Assembly (NCBI GenBank): GCA_003614675.1
Contig: ML002286.1
Span: forward strand, 1 to 47,533
Direction: 5' to 3'
From: Dimargaris cristalligena
Lineage: Eukaryota
Length of the DNA: 47,533 bases
Both the position numbers and the translations under genes were made by a program. The notes under the pieces were generated by a model. It was given only the letters and a program-made list of their open reading frames with translations. It had not been told where the DNA came from and searched no databases. Each line of letters begins with the position of its first letter. Positions within the stretch are counted from its first letter, which is position 1. Below, piece by piece: positions 35,396 to 47,533 of this stretch.

Positions 35396-36872
35396 TCGGG
35401 GCGTAACTTTCCCGTTTAACAAAAACAGTCCCCTTCACCACCTTGACTGGCATTGTGTCTTTTTGCGAAGTCATCAGTGTGTTTTCATTGCTTGTTTTTC
35501 TTCGTTTTTTGGATTTTTATTATTATAGTAATGCCTAACCTCACTGATCTGAACAATTTATATATTTATATAGATTAGAACCGGGTTTTTGAAACATACC
35601 TATATATCTGCTAACGCTACTATATTGTTTTTTATTTTTATTTGTCGTACCTCACCCCTTGGATTTACACTCCTTGTGCCGGCGGCCAGTCCTAAATATC
35701 CGCTGCTGCCGAGATTCACTTACTTAGCTTCCCCAAATGAACAGTACTTCTCAGCCTTTGTTTTCATTATTTTCCCTCTGCGTTATTCTTTTTCACCTAT
35801 TCGAACCCCTTCATGTGCATAAACCAGTATAATAGCTATGTAAACCAGTTTTTGATCAGTCACCGACCACTTTGTTTGGTTTTATTGTTTCGAGTCGAGG
35901 AAGTAAATGAAACCGGTTATCGCCTGACTGTACTTGCTGTTGCCAGCCGCATTACAGCATTGCGGCGAGTCATTTATACTGGCTTTAGCCAATCTAGATA
36001 CCCCCCTCTGTTCCATCATCACGGCCATGCCTAATGTCCCTTTGAATTATGCAGAAGCAACTCCAACTTATACTGATTTCACTCTTTATAAATCAGTGAT
36101 TAAACGGTACTTGGGTCGTTCATCTACCCTTTAACGGGTTGGTGTGCTCGTTCCTGACCAGACACAACCAGTTCATTATTTTTTATATTAAACATAGCCG
36201 GGTTCCTTCAGCAAAATATACTCTACTATAAATTGTCACCATTATCACCCAGGGTCTCTTTTACATTTTATTCAAAATCTTATGCCACTTTATTTCACCT
36301 GAAGTGTTAAATCCTTGGTAGTATAAAATAATCTAGCCTGTTTACTATTTTAACCCAGATGGCAATTTAAATGATCAATAGCCCGAATCCATCGACTCCA
36401 TCAAAGTAAAGTGATATGGTCCCGTTTTTTGGTGATGGGAAGTTAGATGGGAAGGCAGGAGAGGGATATGGCGTAAATCTTACGCCCGTGACGGGGTGAA
36501 CATCATTGCTACTGTAGCAGTCCTCTCCCTGTGACACTCCACTCTATTCTACTCCGTCCACCACCCGGCGGGACTGTTTTAGTTGGTTTCAGCTGGTGCT
36601 TTAGGACCGGGGGTTTCAATACTATAGAGGGTCGCTCACCTTTATGACACCGTTTTGTCCGTCGTCTCTTCCCTCTTCCCACATGCACGCCGTTATTATA
36701 TACATTCTATAGCTACCGTTTTCTTGTCCAAAGCCCATCATCCTTTCGACTGCCCGGATCACCTCCTATATCTTTATTATTATTATTATCGCACCACCTG
36801 CCTGCTTTTCCTTATTTCTCACCCGCCAAATCCCACCAATCCGTATCGTATATCACACGCGCGTTACTCACC

Positions 36873-39149
36873 ATGGCTTCCAGCACGACCGCCAAGCTTG
36901 CCCAATACCCCGCCAAGGAGCATTGCCGCCAAGTGGCCCAGCGACTTGGGGCCACTCAGGGGGTCATTTACTTGAAGGGATTCAATACCCCTATGAAGGG
37001 CCAGGCGGATACGGTAAGCTGTAATATCCCCCGAACCTCTCCTATTGGTTGTTCGACATGGTAGTCGCTTGTTTTTATCACGCCTACTAAGCCCTGACCT
37101 CGATTATCGAAGGGTCAATATGGTCGAACCCAACTGAAGTCCCGGACTAGTAGGGCTTACATACCCACCGAACGATGACTCGGGTTGGTACCGAGTATTT
37201 CGCTGGTATTGCGCATTATCGTATAATGCCTAAAGACGGGGTTTGGGACTATTAGTAAGCCTGGGGCGGCGTTTTGGCCATATTATACCGTGAGAACCTT
37301 TTTATATCGTCACAACTAGCCAATAACCAATTATATTTAATTATATATATATATATATGTTTGACAATTATTGTAAATGCCACGAATTACACAATCGATT
37401 TATAGGAGTTACCGTTTTACCAAGACCCCAACTTCTATTACCTGGCCGGGGCCGCGGAACCCGGTCTGACGTTCACCTTCGATATTGCCACCAACCGAGG
37501 TACCCTGTGGGTCCCTAAGATGCATGACGATGAGGTCATTTGGGTCGGCGAACAAGGTAGGTTCCCGCTTTGGTTTATATGGTGATCAGCACCACGCACT
37601 ATTCCTCAATTTGCCCTATCCAATTGATTTTTTTTTCGACAGCCCCCCTGAATTAGTTTGACCTCATATTTCTGTTTGCGCTCCGGCTATGTAAATTGAT
37701 GATATCGCCAGAATCGCTTGCTGAACTCCGGGCCAAATACCCCGTGGACGAAGTGGAATTCAGCCACGGTATTACCGACTGTATATCCACCTACAAGTCA
37801 ACCACGATTTTTACCATGGACTACGAAAACGGCCAGGAGCTGGCGGCTTTCCAGTCGGCCGTTGATAAGACGAAACTTAAACCGTAAGTAGCTTTAAATG
37901 TGTCTATTCAATATCATGGGTCGCTCTATTGGCGGATCTTGTGTAAATGGCAAACTGACTACAGTAAAATATCACGGTTTAAAATCGTTACTTAATACCG
38001 ACATTTTTCACCGTACCCCAGACTAGTATTAATTACGTTGGCATTGTATTAATGACCCTCCTATGGCATATTCCTTCTTTAGATGCATCGAGGAATCGCG
38101 CATGTTCAAGACCCCCGAGGAAATCACTATCATGCGCAAGGCCAACGACATTAGTAGCCATGCCCACGCCAATCTCATGCGCTTCGCCGAACCCGGTATG
38201 AACGAGCGCGAACTCTACGCCAAATTTACCTTTGAGTGTGCCCGCCGCGGAGGGATCAGCCAGGCCTACGGCGGTATTGTCGGCCGTGGCACCAATGCGG
38301 CCATCCTCCATTATACCAAGAACGACGCCGATCTCCGGAATCTCCACGACGTAGTGTTGGTCGATGCCGGCTGTGAGTACCAAGGCTACGCCTCGGATAT
38401 CACGCGGGTTTTCCCCGTGGGCAAGAAATTCACCCCCGAGGCCCGGGCCATTTACTCACTCGTGCTGAAGATGCAGAAGGTAAGTTGAACAGGGGAGTAT
38501 AACCCGCGTACCTATTTTTAGTCAATATGTATTATTCTCGGTAATATTATATGTTATCCCTAAATATGGTTGACCCCTATCCTCGCCTTTTTTTTTAAAT
38601 AATAATAATAATAATCATGGTATTAACATTCATATTATTATTTATTTTCGGGTTTTCTTTATTATTGATATGGTCCAGACTGCCCTACACCACATTTCCC
38701 CCGGGGTTCAATGGGAGGATCTTCACCGGGAGGCCATGCAAGTCTGTGCGCAAGGCCTGCTTGAGCTAGGTATTCTGCAGGGCGACCTGGCAGATATCAT
38801 TGCCCACCATATTCCAGCAGTCTTCTTCCCGCACGGACTGGGACACAGTATCGGTTTGGATGTGCATGATGTGGCCGGATATCCCGAGGGCGTAGGTCGC
38901 ATCCCGGAGCCCGGCATCCGTTACCTGCGGATGCGGCGTCGCCTGGAGCCGGGGATGGTCGTGACCGTCGAGCCCGGGTGCTATTTTGTGGGCCCCCTGA
39001 TTGCCGAGGCCCTGCAGAATCCGGACCAGGCCCAGTTCATTAACCAGGAAGTGCTCGACCGCTACATGTCAGTGGGCGGGGTGCGCATCGAAGACAGCGT
39101 GGTCGTGACCAAGTTCGGACACGATAACCTAACGACGGCCCCCAAATAG
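36873..39149 (+). CDS. pepP: Xaa-Pro aminopeptidase/prolidase (M24B); exons 36873-37013, 37406-37556, 37712-37883, 38083-38479, 38679-39149
   Basis: PFYQDPNFYYL, DAGCEYQGYASDITR, PHGLGHSIGLDVHD, TVEPGCYF and GGVRIED motifs. All four GT-AG introns keep frame (443 aa to the TAG; homology continues to the TAA at 39191). Confidence 0.92.
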
Positions 39150-40707
39150 ATCGAAGAGGTGGAGGCTTTGCGCCTGGAATCGGCCGCCTAATGGTAGTAC
39201 CGGTTTTCGAAGTGGCCTTGTGAGAGTGGTCTGTATAGCGCACTTCCCCAGGAGGAGAGAGGGGGGCGCTACCGGTAATGTGATTTGTACGGGGAAATAC
39301 CATTTTTACTCTGGGCAATTATTCGTAATAAATACAATCTATGTTCTTAAGAGCTATGAAGTCTGTCTGGTAAGGCTCATTTAGCTGAGGTTATAATCTA
39401 TTGATGGACCTCGACAATTGATTTTAATGTGGGGTTTTCCGAAGAGGGCTAACTAAGGGGCGGGATAAAGAAATAAGACTATTCTAATTAGAGCTGCTCC
39501 CTGCCCCCCTCTTCTCAGTGGCCTGCCCAACGGAAGCGTGCCATTAGGATAGAGTCACGTGATGTTAATTGTGGTCAGAAGCTGAATCCGTAATAGTTCG
39601 GGTTGGGGATGGATGAGGAGAGATTAAGCGGGATTCCGGAGGTTAATCACTAGGCCGGGTTGTGCCTAATTAAATGGTGCGGAACTAGGCGTATAGATAG
39701 GGAAATGGGGGGAGGGGGTTACATAGTTAAAACGAAGGTCCATCGTTTCTTTGGTCTTGGTGGACCCAGCAAAGTATTATAGGAGGGAGGGGGGCGTTGG
39801 GGGTAAAATGACTGACCACAGGGCCCCATAGCCCCAGCTCATAGAGAAGACACAAGTGGTTGTAGTTGTAGCTGTAGGCTGGTTAGCTACCAACCCACCC
39901 AGCGTAGAGACCACTCACTCGCCTAATCGAAATCAAGTTTGCGTATGTCATTGTAGAGATTCTCCTTTGTTTGTGAGTTGTCCACCCACACCCCCCTTCG
40001 CATCCAGTGGTTTTAGATCCGATTTGTTTTATCCCTTCCCCCCTTTATATTTTATTGCCCAATCTTTATTTCTATCGCCGCGTGCGGAAGTCTCCCTGTT
40101 CTCTTCCCCCATTAAACGTCGTATATCCAGAGGGTAGGTCGCACAAGTCACTTCCCCATTAGCCGCTTCGAATCCGGCCCTCACGGTCTGTAGGGTAGAA
40201 GGGTTATCTGGAGGGCGTTGAATCCCCACTCCCCTTCATTCAAGGTTATAGAGGGCTCCTTTGAATCCAGCTGCCGATTCGCGGAGTCGTTCCTGCTTTT
40301 ACCTTGTCTCTTGGGATGAATCACCAGGTGCCATGTGGGTATGGAGGTCTCCCTGGATTAGCACTGTATAGGCAGTCGTAACCCGTACCAGGCATCTCCA
40401 GGACCGATGATCACCGTCACCTACTCCCCGAATTCTCTTCAACTTTGAGCCAAGGCTTCCGGTGAAGTCAGGCCTAATATCCCTGCGACTCCCTTATTCG
40501 GGGCTGCCGGGGTGGTTTGGGAATGGAACGGCCCTGGGGTAACTTACATGTCAGCCCCGACCAGTCCGGGGTGTCTACACCTATCTAATCGGCTCAGTTG
40601 ATGCTATCTATCTCCCTATATCCTACTAACCCACTGAATGATTTCGTATTCCAAATTATCCTCATGACCTGTAATCCTTCCCGCATCATTTAGAATCATT
40701 TATTATC

Positions 40708-41891
40708 ATGTTTGCCAAGACCCCTCTTGCCGCCACTCTGAAGCGCGTTTCGCAGCTTTCGGCCGGCCGGGCCCTGCCCGCCCGTTTTGTGTCCACTCAG
40801 GCCGCACCCATCGCCGCCAAGGCCCCGTGGGGTAGTTCCCTGGCCACCGCGGCCGCTTTTGCCGCCGGTGGTACTGCTCTGACCATGTACTACTTGGAGC
40901 AGCACACCTCCCACGCCAACATGGCCGACGAGGGTCTGCACCCCCCGGCCTACCCCTGGGCTCACCGCGGTCTCTTCGACACCTTCGACCACGCCAGTAT
41001 CCGTCGTGGTTACCAGGTGTACAAGGAGGTCTGCGCCTCGTGCCACTCCCTGGACCGCATTGCCTTCCGTAACTTGGTGGGTGTCAGTCACACCGCCGAT
41101 GAGGCCAAGACCCTGTGCGAAGAATTCGAGTTCCAGGACGGTCCCGACGAAAAGGGCGAAATGTTCACCCGGCCCGGTAAACTGTCCGATTACATGCCCG
41201 CCCCCTACCCCAACGAGGAGGCCTCGCGTGCCGCTAACGCCGGTGCCTACCCCCCGGATCTCAGTCTGATCGTCAAGGGCCGTCACGGTGGTGCCGACTA
41301 CATTTACGCCCTGCTGACCGGGTACCACGAAGCCCCGGCCGGTGTGGAAGTGCGGGAGGGACTGAACTACAACCCCTACTTCCCGGGTGGTGCCATTGCC
41401 ATGGCCCGTGTGCTCTTTGACGAGCTCGTCGAATACGAAGATGGTAGGTTGGCATTTTATCCATCATTATGTAGCACTGCCTATTACTAGTGCCAATTGC
41501 TCTATGGTTTGATTATATTATTGTTTTTAAAAGAGATAGCCACGTCTCTGGACCATATTGAGATGACGCCCCGAGGAGTTGCAACTGTGTTATCATTCAA
41601 ATCATTATTTCTAACGATTCACTATTACCTACACGTTGTCATGATTTATGGTGACTTTGCTGGGGCCTCCCTACAGGTACTCCCGCCACCTCTAGCCAGA
41701 TGGCCAAGGACGTGACCACTTTCCTGGCCTGGGCCTCCGAGCCCGAGCTGGAAGAGCGCAAGCGCACTGGTGCCAAGGCCCTGATCCTGTTCGCCACCCT
41801 GTTCGGTTTCTCGCTTTGGCTGAAGCGCTTCAAGTTTGCCTCGCTTAAGTCCCGCAAGCTAGTATTCCGTCCCCCTCCCAAGTCCCACTAA
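40708..41891 (+). CDS. CYT1: Mitochondrial cytochrome c1 (316 aa); exons 40708-41443 and 41677-41891
   Basis: Bipartite presequence, DHASIRRGYQVYKEVCASCHSL heme motif, PPDLSL, YNPYFPGGAIAM and a C-terminal TM anchor. Phase-1 intron GTAGGT...CAG with a CTAAC branch. Confidence 0.97.
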
Positions 41892-42720
41892 ACCGGTTTT
41901 CCCTCGTTCGCCGTGCTCATCCCAACCCCCTTAAAGGTGTTCCCTTTTCGTTGCTGGCCCTACCGTGGAATACCGTGGTCCCTCTCTTTATTTTCTATAT
42001 TAAACATGTTCATTTTTTTCAACCAAATATTTAACTACTGGCTTGCTTCCCCTCTCTTTCCCCCCCCTATTTCCCGTATCTGGGTGAAAAGAAAGCGGAA
42101 ACTAGACCGGATATTCCATTGGGACTTTTTAACGGAGTGGGGGGGGGGGGAGAATGTCCGATTTTTCTTTCATGGCCAAGTGCGTTGCTTGGCCGCATCG
42201 GAGCTACTTAGATACGGATTTGCGCCTGTCCCCCGACAAGCACATCCGTGCGTTCTCATCTACATCCATGTGGACATTTACTTGACTACAAAATCGTCGC
42301 TCCTAGAATAAATTAGTCAATTCCGTATACTTTCAATTGATGTAGCTCCCCAATAATACCGCCCGGCCATTAGCTAGTTTGGAGAATGTGACTTGGCGGA
42401 TTTTATGGGAAGGTCTTAGTAGGAATGGTACCCGACTGCCAGGGGTTCGTGTCCGCATCAAGTTTTATCTATCTGGATAAAGGAGTCGCCATTAGCCTCA
42501 TGTATAATTAAGAATAGTTTATTGGTATATCGGCAAATCAGGCGGATAAGAAATAATTGAAAATAAATCTAGTGACAATATCATTTAGGTGAAGCAATAG
42601 TAAGCATGGGGAGAAGGGGGAGGGTAGACCAACTTTGGCGGGACTCAGTCTTTACCCCCTGTTTGCATATCACACGGCCCCCATCTGATATGATTACGGA
42701 TAATTTAGAGTCTAGTTGAC

Positions 42721-43170
42721 TTAAACAAACTGCCAGGTGGCGGGGATGCCAGAGTCGTTGGGTCCCGCTCCCAAGGCGAGCATGGCGGCCTTGGTGATCA
42801 AAATTTCGTTATCGGTACAGCCCATGCACTTGTCCGTCACCTGTACTGTGACGGTCTTGCTCCCGGCCTTGAGCACCACGTGCTTGTTACAGATGGGGTC
42901 ATTGTTGGGATTCCCACCTGCCTGGAAATAACTGGCCTTGACGGCCGCGACCAGGTCGCTGGGGCCGTAGATTCGACCACAGGACCCCATGGCTACAATC
43001 TCTTCGACCTTGCGGGCGATGCCGTTGATTTGGGTCACGGTGGCTTGGTCGTCCAGCAAAACTACGTTTTCGGTCGAGGCGATGGGGTTCATGGCGGGCA
43101 CGGTGGCGGCGTAGGCGGCCAGCAGAGTAGAGAGGCCGAGGGTCAGAGCGGGAATCGCAACGCGAACCAT
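42721..43170 (-). CDS. Secreted RlpA-like double-psi beta-barrel (loosenin/expansin-like) protein, 149 aa
   Basis: Signal peptide MVRVAIPALTLGLSTLLAAYAA; GSCG, DLVAAV, NPNNDPICNK and VTVQVTDKCMGC motifs. Start placed at the ATG at 43170 rather than the upstream TTG. Confidence 0.9.
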   Translation of the reverse strand: MVRVAIPALTLGLSTLLAAYAATVPAMNPIASTENVVLLDDQATVTQINGIARKVEEIVAMGSCGRIYGPSDLVAAVKASYFQAGGNPNNDPICNKHVVLKAGSKTVTVQVTDKCMGCTDNEILITKAAMLALGAGPNDSGIPATWQFV

Positions 43171-43329
43171 GGTGGATATTGGGGTTGGTGTAAAATCAGT
43201 AGTTGGTGAGGGTGGGTTCAATTGGCGTGATGGTCGACGATCAGAAGGGCGGTCTTAGTATAGGAGTTATTGGGGTGAGTTGAGAAGGAAAGGGTGGTGT
43301 TGGTTATTGTTGGAGGGCCACCGTGCGAC

Positions 43330-43337
43330 TATTTATA
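43330..43337 (-). promoter_or_regulatory. TATA box of the RlpA-like gene
   Basis: TATAAATA on the minus strand about 160 bp upstream of the ATG. Confidence 0.5.
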
Positions 43338-45426
43338 TTTTGACCAGTCGGCTGTTTTCTTCTTTGGTAAATGTAAGTCAAGCTTCCCATTGCTTCCTGT
43401 GATTCAATATAAAGAAAGGGGGTGGGTGAGTCACTCGTCTACCCTGATGACGTTTAGACCGGGATAGATGTGGTCTTGGTAAAACATCAGGGGTTTTTTC
43501 GCCAGACTTAGCGTAATTCTGTTAATCTGTGGAGGGGGGCGGGATTCCGTAATTAGTTAGCCCGGTATTCAGTCCGGGATACGGGGAACATTAGGTCCCT
43601 GATTTCCAAACACAATATGGAGTAAGTTGTTTATGCGCGTATGTGGGAATGTGGCGTACATTGCATTGCCACCAACACTATTTTTAACTTAGTTGGTACA
43701 CTAATAAAGGCCCCTGGTTAAATCATGCCCGGTCTTGGATTCCGCTGGCGTAGGAATGAACTCACTGCGGTGAATGGGCTCAACTGGTTACCCGGAGTCA
43801 TATGTAAAAATACACACTTTGATAGATTGTTGAGCCCGGGTGCCATCGTGATCAGAGCCCCGCTCTACACTGATTGGCCCATTCTATCCGAATGGTAACG
43901 CGGCCCTACTGCCTAATGTGCGGGAAAACCCCAGCTCTGATCTATCGCTTGAGCAGCCGACAAAATACACAATTTATTAATCGGGGTTACATTCTGAAAC
44001 AGCCGCCGATATATTCATGAATATGCTATCATTTAGCTTTCGTGAGTAAGGTCCGTGGTGGGGGGTTGGCCGAGCAGACCGGGTCCCTCTACAGCCCTTG
44101 ATTTTCCCCGACCTGTGGTATTCACTGATGGTCTGCTGAAATAGCGACCCGACGAAGACATGCATAGCAGTACCACCAGGTTCATCAGCTGCTCACATAT
44201 TTTTAGATTTGACCAAATACAGGTGATTCCTTACCACCCCGAAAGCTTACCAGCAGTGGAGCAGGCCCACATGTTCATTGGCCCTGCTTCAACTAGGCAA
44301 TTCAGTGATACATTTCTAATAAAATACCGATAGGAATGCGCGCAAGGCACACCAGTGTCAGACGACAAGCGGTGGAGGTCTTCCAGAAGAAGGAGCATTG
44401 TGAGGGGTACAATAAACATCCGAGAACTGAAATCGGACCCAAGAAGACCAAGTGGTTGTCAAGGGTTATTAAGCATCTAAATATAGGCTGCGATTGGTGT
44501 CATAATCGGCTATTATAGCACTGAACGGAAATAGGCATGCGGTCCAATAGGATCTGGCTATTTAATATATTCGCTGTACAGGGTATTGCGTATACTTATA
44601 TTTAGAACCATTGACTAAATTATTATACCCCGGGTGTTCTATTTTTCCGGACTTGATTCCGTGGTGGCAGTCTTTTTTTATTACTGGTCTCTACAGTTAC
44701 GTATAGCTGTCCCTAATAAATGAGAGCGCGAAAATTCCCCTGATTGGTCTAAATGACCGTTATATCAGACTCGATCGCATATCATTATTTAGCAGAGGGT
44801 ACATTTAAACAATGCATGTTCGTATTTGTTTACTTGGGATAATCATCCGCAGAGCTTTGGGTAGTTATTGAAACATTATTTCCCCTCGTTTTCTTTAGAA
44901 TAGTTCAGCGCAACTATATACAGGTTTAGAATAATATTCTAGATATGAATCGATCGGTGATCAGTGATTCAATAGTAAAGCCCACCAAAATACCCATAGT
45001 CTTGGTCATATTATCAGGGCGAGTGTCTCGTATATTTTAGTGCATATATATATATAGAAGTCCTTCTAAATAGGTTGTGATGTATCAAATTTATACTAGA
45101 AACATGGTTCATTTATTGAGTCCGGTATGGATATACATCTTATCCCTGCATAGGTTAGCTTCAATTAACCTGAGAACTTCGCACCTTCCATTTGCCCTGC
45201 CACCATATTTCCAAGGTCCCACCAAAAACCCCAGCTACACTAATACCAATAAATGTATGCAATGCTAGATACCACCTCATTCCATTATGGCCAACCCGAC
45301 TTTCTGATGAAAATAGTACTCGGCTTTTGAATTTTTAGAGGGTTGGCTATTCTTTCATAACCCTCCAATTGATAAGTAGGCAGGCGACGTCTGGGAGTAT
45401 GCAAACCAACAGTAGAAGCTAAGAGG

Positions 45427-45982
45427 TGTCACCCGAATTAACCACTCTTAGTCCATCAAGAGTCTCAGGGATAGGCTTCTAACGGTAGGTGGGGCATTGG
45501 GCACAGCCAAGCGGGCTACTAGCATTAGGTAGGGCTGATACTAACTGAATAAAGCAAGTGTCACTATGTATGCGGGGGACATGCACTGATGCACACTTAC
45601 TAGTCAGTATGGGGGGTGAGTGTATATAGGGTTTATTGAGGTAAATTAAGGGGTCAGAATAAGCTAAGGTATTAACTGGTCCCCATGGGGGCCCAGTTAT
45701 ATATACACAGGGGACTACTCCAAGGGAGGTCTCGAGGGGAAACTACATAACTAAGATAATAATAGGGGGGGGTGGTCCTCATATGAGTGGAGGCTTCCAT
45801 GGGAACTGGAAGATACTAAGATCACCTAGGAGTTAGTAGTGCAACCTCTGGGGGGTCCAGCTGGTGGGTGGGTATATATAATGTCCGGCCCCATTAGGAC
45901 CGGGGGTACAATATGACACTATACGGTCTGCTATGATGGCAATCATTAGCAGATATATTAGGTTGGATTAGGAGGGGCGACA
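45427..45982. mobile_element. Solo LTR (556 bp)
   Basis: Termini TGTCAC...GCGACA, perfect 5-bp target duplication AGAGG (45422-45426 and 45983-45987), homologous to 19143-19727. Confidence 0.93.
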
Positions 45983-46474
45983 AGAGGTAACATTCCTGCC
46001 ATACCCAGCCGATCACTGCTCTACCTCCCCTTTTATAATCCCAGGTCTATAGCCCAAATAGAAAGTATATCACCAACCCAATTATGCTATTGCTTGATAT
46101 TTTGTACTGGGAGGCATGACTAGGCTTAATCAGGTCTTGATGTTAATGGTAAATTGATGTCTATTTGTTTGCCCCATTCTTAGCCAACCATAGAATACCT
46201 ATCTGCTTAGTACCAAATTTTACCATCTCCACATACTCTCTTTCACTCTACCTCCATTTCTTTCTTCCACTAATTCATTCATTCATATGATAGTAACCCT
46301 GCCCAAAGAATACTGTCCTTTAGCTTACTCCCAAGGTAAGTCCCACTGGTCTCTCCTTTTCCCTTCTGTAACACATGTGCAATAGGCTTAAAATAGTTCA
46401 CTTGGGGGGAAGAGCAGACTCCTGTCATTCTCTATGCTTTATAAATATCTAACAAAAATAGGGTTCATCATATG

Positions 46475-47196
46475 TGTTGCCCGGGTTAACCACTCTTAGT
46501 TTGTCAAGAGTCCCGAGGATAGGCATCTAACTGTAGGCAGGGCTTAGACTTAGCCAAGTGGGCTACTAGCATTAGGATGGGGGTGTAGTACTAACTAATG
46601 AAGGACAGATGCAGATAAATGTCAGGGATGTATAGCAGGCATACTTACTAGTTAGTATAAGGGAGGTAAGTATATATAGAGTTTATTGGGGTAAACTAAG
46701 GGGGTAGGAATAAGCTAAGGAATTGAACTAGTCCCAGGAGGGCCTGGTTATATATAGGGGGATGGCTCCAGAGGGAGGTCCCAAGGGAAATGTTACTAAG
46801 GCTAAGGTACAGATAGGTAAAGGGCCCAACCAGATGGCTTTGCATCGGGAAGACTCTCATGGGAACTGGAAGAGTCTTGGATTAGCAAGGGGAGTGTTTG
46901 GGGTGTGAATTATTGAGGTCATAATGTTTAAGTTATATAATAAATGATGACCCATAGTACCAGCAGTGACTATGGGAGGGTTAATATGGGTAAAATTCGG
47001 CCCAGCTATATAAGGGTTTATATTATATGTGTATGGGAAAATGTATGGGAAATATATTTTTAACTAGTAATATTGGCCAAATCTAATGGATTTTTCATTA
47101 TACAGCTTGGATGAACTTCTCCCATATGGTACTATAAGGCCTAATAAGGACGGGCAATTGTTAGGACTGGATTAAGCTGGATTAGGGAGGCTGGCA
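46475..47196. mobile_element. Solo LTR (722 bp including a nested MITE)
   Basis: TG...CA termini, near-perfect target duplication ATATG/GTATG, homologous to the other two LTRs apart from a 140-bp insertion. Confidence 0.88.
46988..47123. mobile_element. 136-bp MITE nested in the solo LTR
   Basis: Absent from the LTR at 19143, whose empty site reads GGTTAATATGGCAC. ATAT is duplicated at 46984-46987 and 47124-47127. Imperfect ~26-bp terminal inverted repeats run GGG...CCC. Confidence 0.85.
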
Positions 47197-47533
47197 GTAT
47201 GCAAGTGTAGTAACATGGCCCGGGGATCCGGGAGGGTTCAGCATGGCCCTATCAGGTTGAAGGGCACCAGACCATGAGGAGGAGGCCAGAAACAACCGTT
47301 CAAGTGGAGAGCGGGGATGGGATGGAGAGGGCGGAGGAGACACCTCTGGGCTCTCAGTGAACTGATGCTTCAAGCGGAATATAGGGTTTACTTAAATCAA
47401 ATAACTATTATAAAAATTGGTAATTCATTTCATTTTTTAAGAAAGAATGAAATAATATTTATATATATATGTAAATCGAACTTAAGGACCGTGGCTACTT
47501 TTCCTTCGCTCTTCAATGGCCTTGTAAAATTAA

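Noticed and set aside
39147..39149. Genome-wide stop codon reassignment
   Set aside because: TAG and TGA terminate other genes here (velvet, both duplicated genes, the 836-aa ORF), and the long conserved exons have no other internal stops.
40160..40185. tRNA-like TTCGAATCC motif
   Set aside because: Lacks the G of GTTCGA, and no cloverleaf can be built around it.
40696..41328. 210-aa antisense ORF over CYT1
   Set aside because: Typical antisense shadow of a highly codon-biased gene.
45427..47196. One TRIM or complete LTR element with a short internal region
   Set aside because: Each LTR has its own distinct target duplication, and no shared outer TSD exists.
47182..47373. Pro/Ser-rich minus-strand ORF interrupted by the LTR
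   Set aside because: Removing the LTR extends the frame by only six codons; no start, splice or homology support.

Overview
Eukaryotic, fungal DNA with GT-AG introns and CTAAC branch points. The gene content (velvet factor, CBM18 lectins, group I truncated globin) suggests an early-diverging fungus, possibly a Zoopagomycota mycoparasite such as Dimargaris; this is inference. From left to right: a ~4.2-4.3 kb tandem segmental duplication, each unit carrying a two-exon orphan secreted protein with signal peptide and NLS-like motifs; MMS2; an 836-aa AGGF1-like protein whose FHA fold appears split by a ~530-aa disordered insert; a truncated haemoglobin with a Cys/polybasic N-terminus; a solo LTR inside a 1.5 kb stretch with no CpG; two chitin-binding CBM18 genes, the second with an in-frame TGA; a ~9 kb gene-free region leading into a velvet gene; an Xaa-Pro peptidase with a TAG just before its conserved C-terminal helix; CYT1; a degenerate RlpA/loosenin-like secreted protein; and two more solo LTRs, one carrying a 136-bp MITE with an ATAT target duplication. 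A second copy of that MITE lies at the left edge of the window. All gene models and alignments were made by eye; no database search was run.
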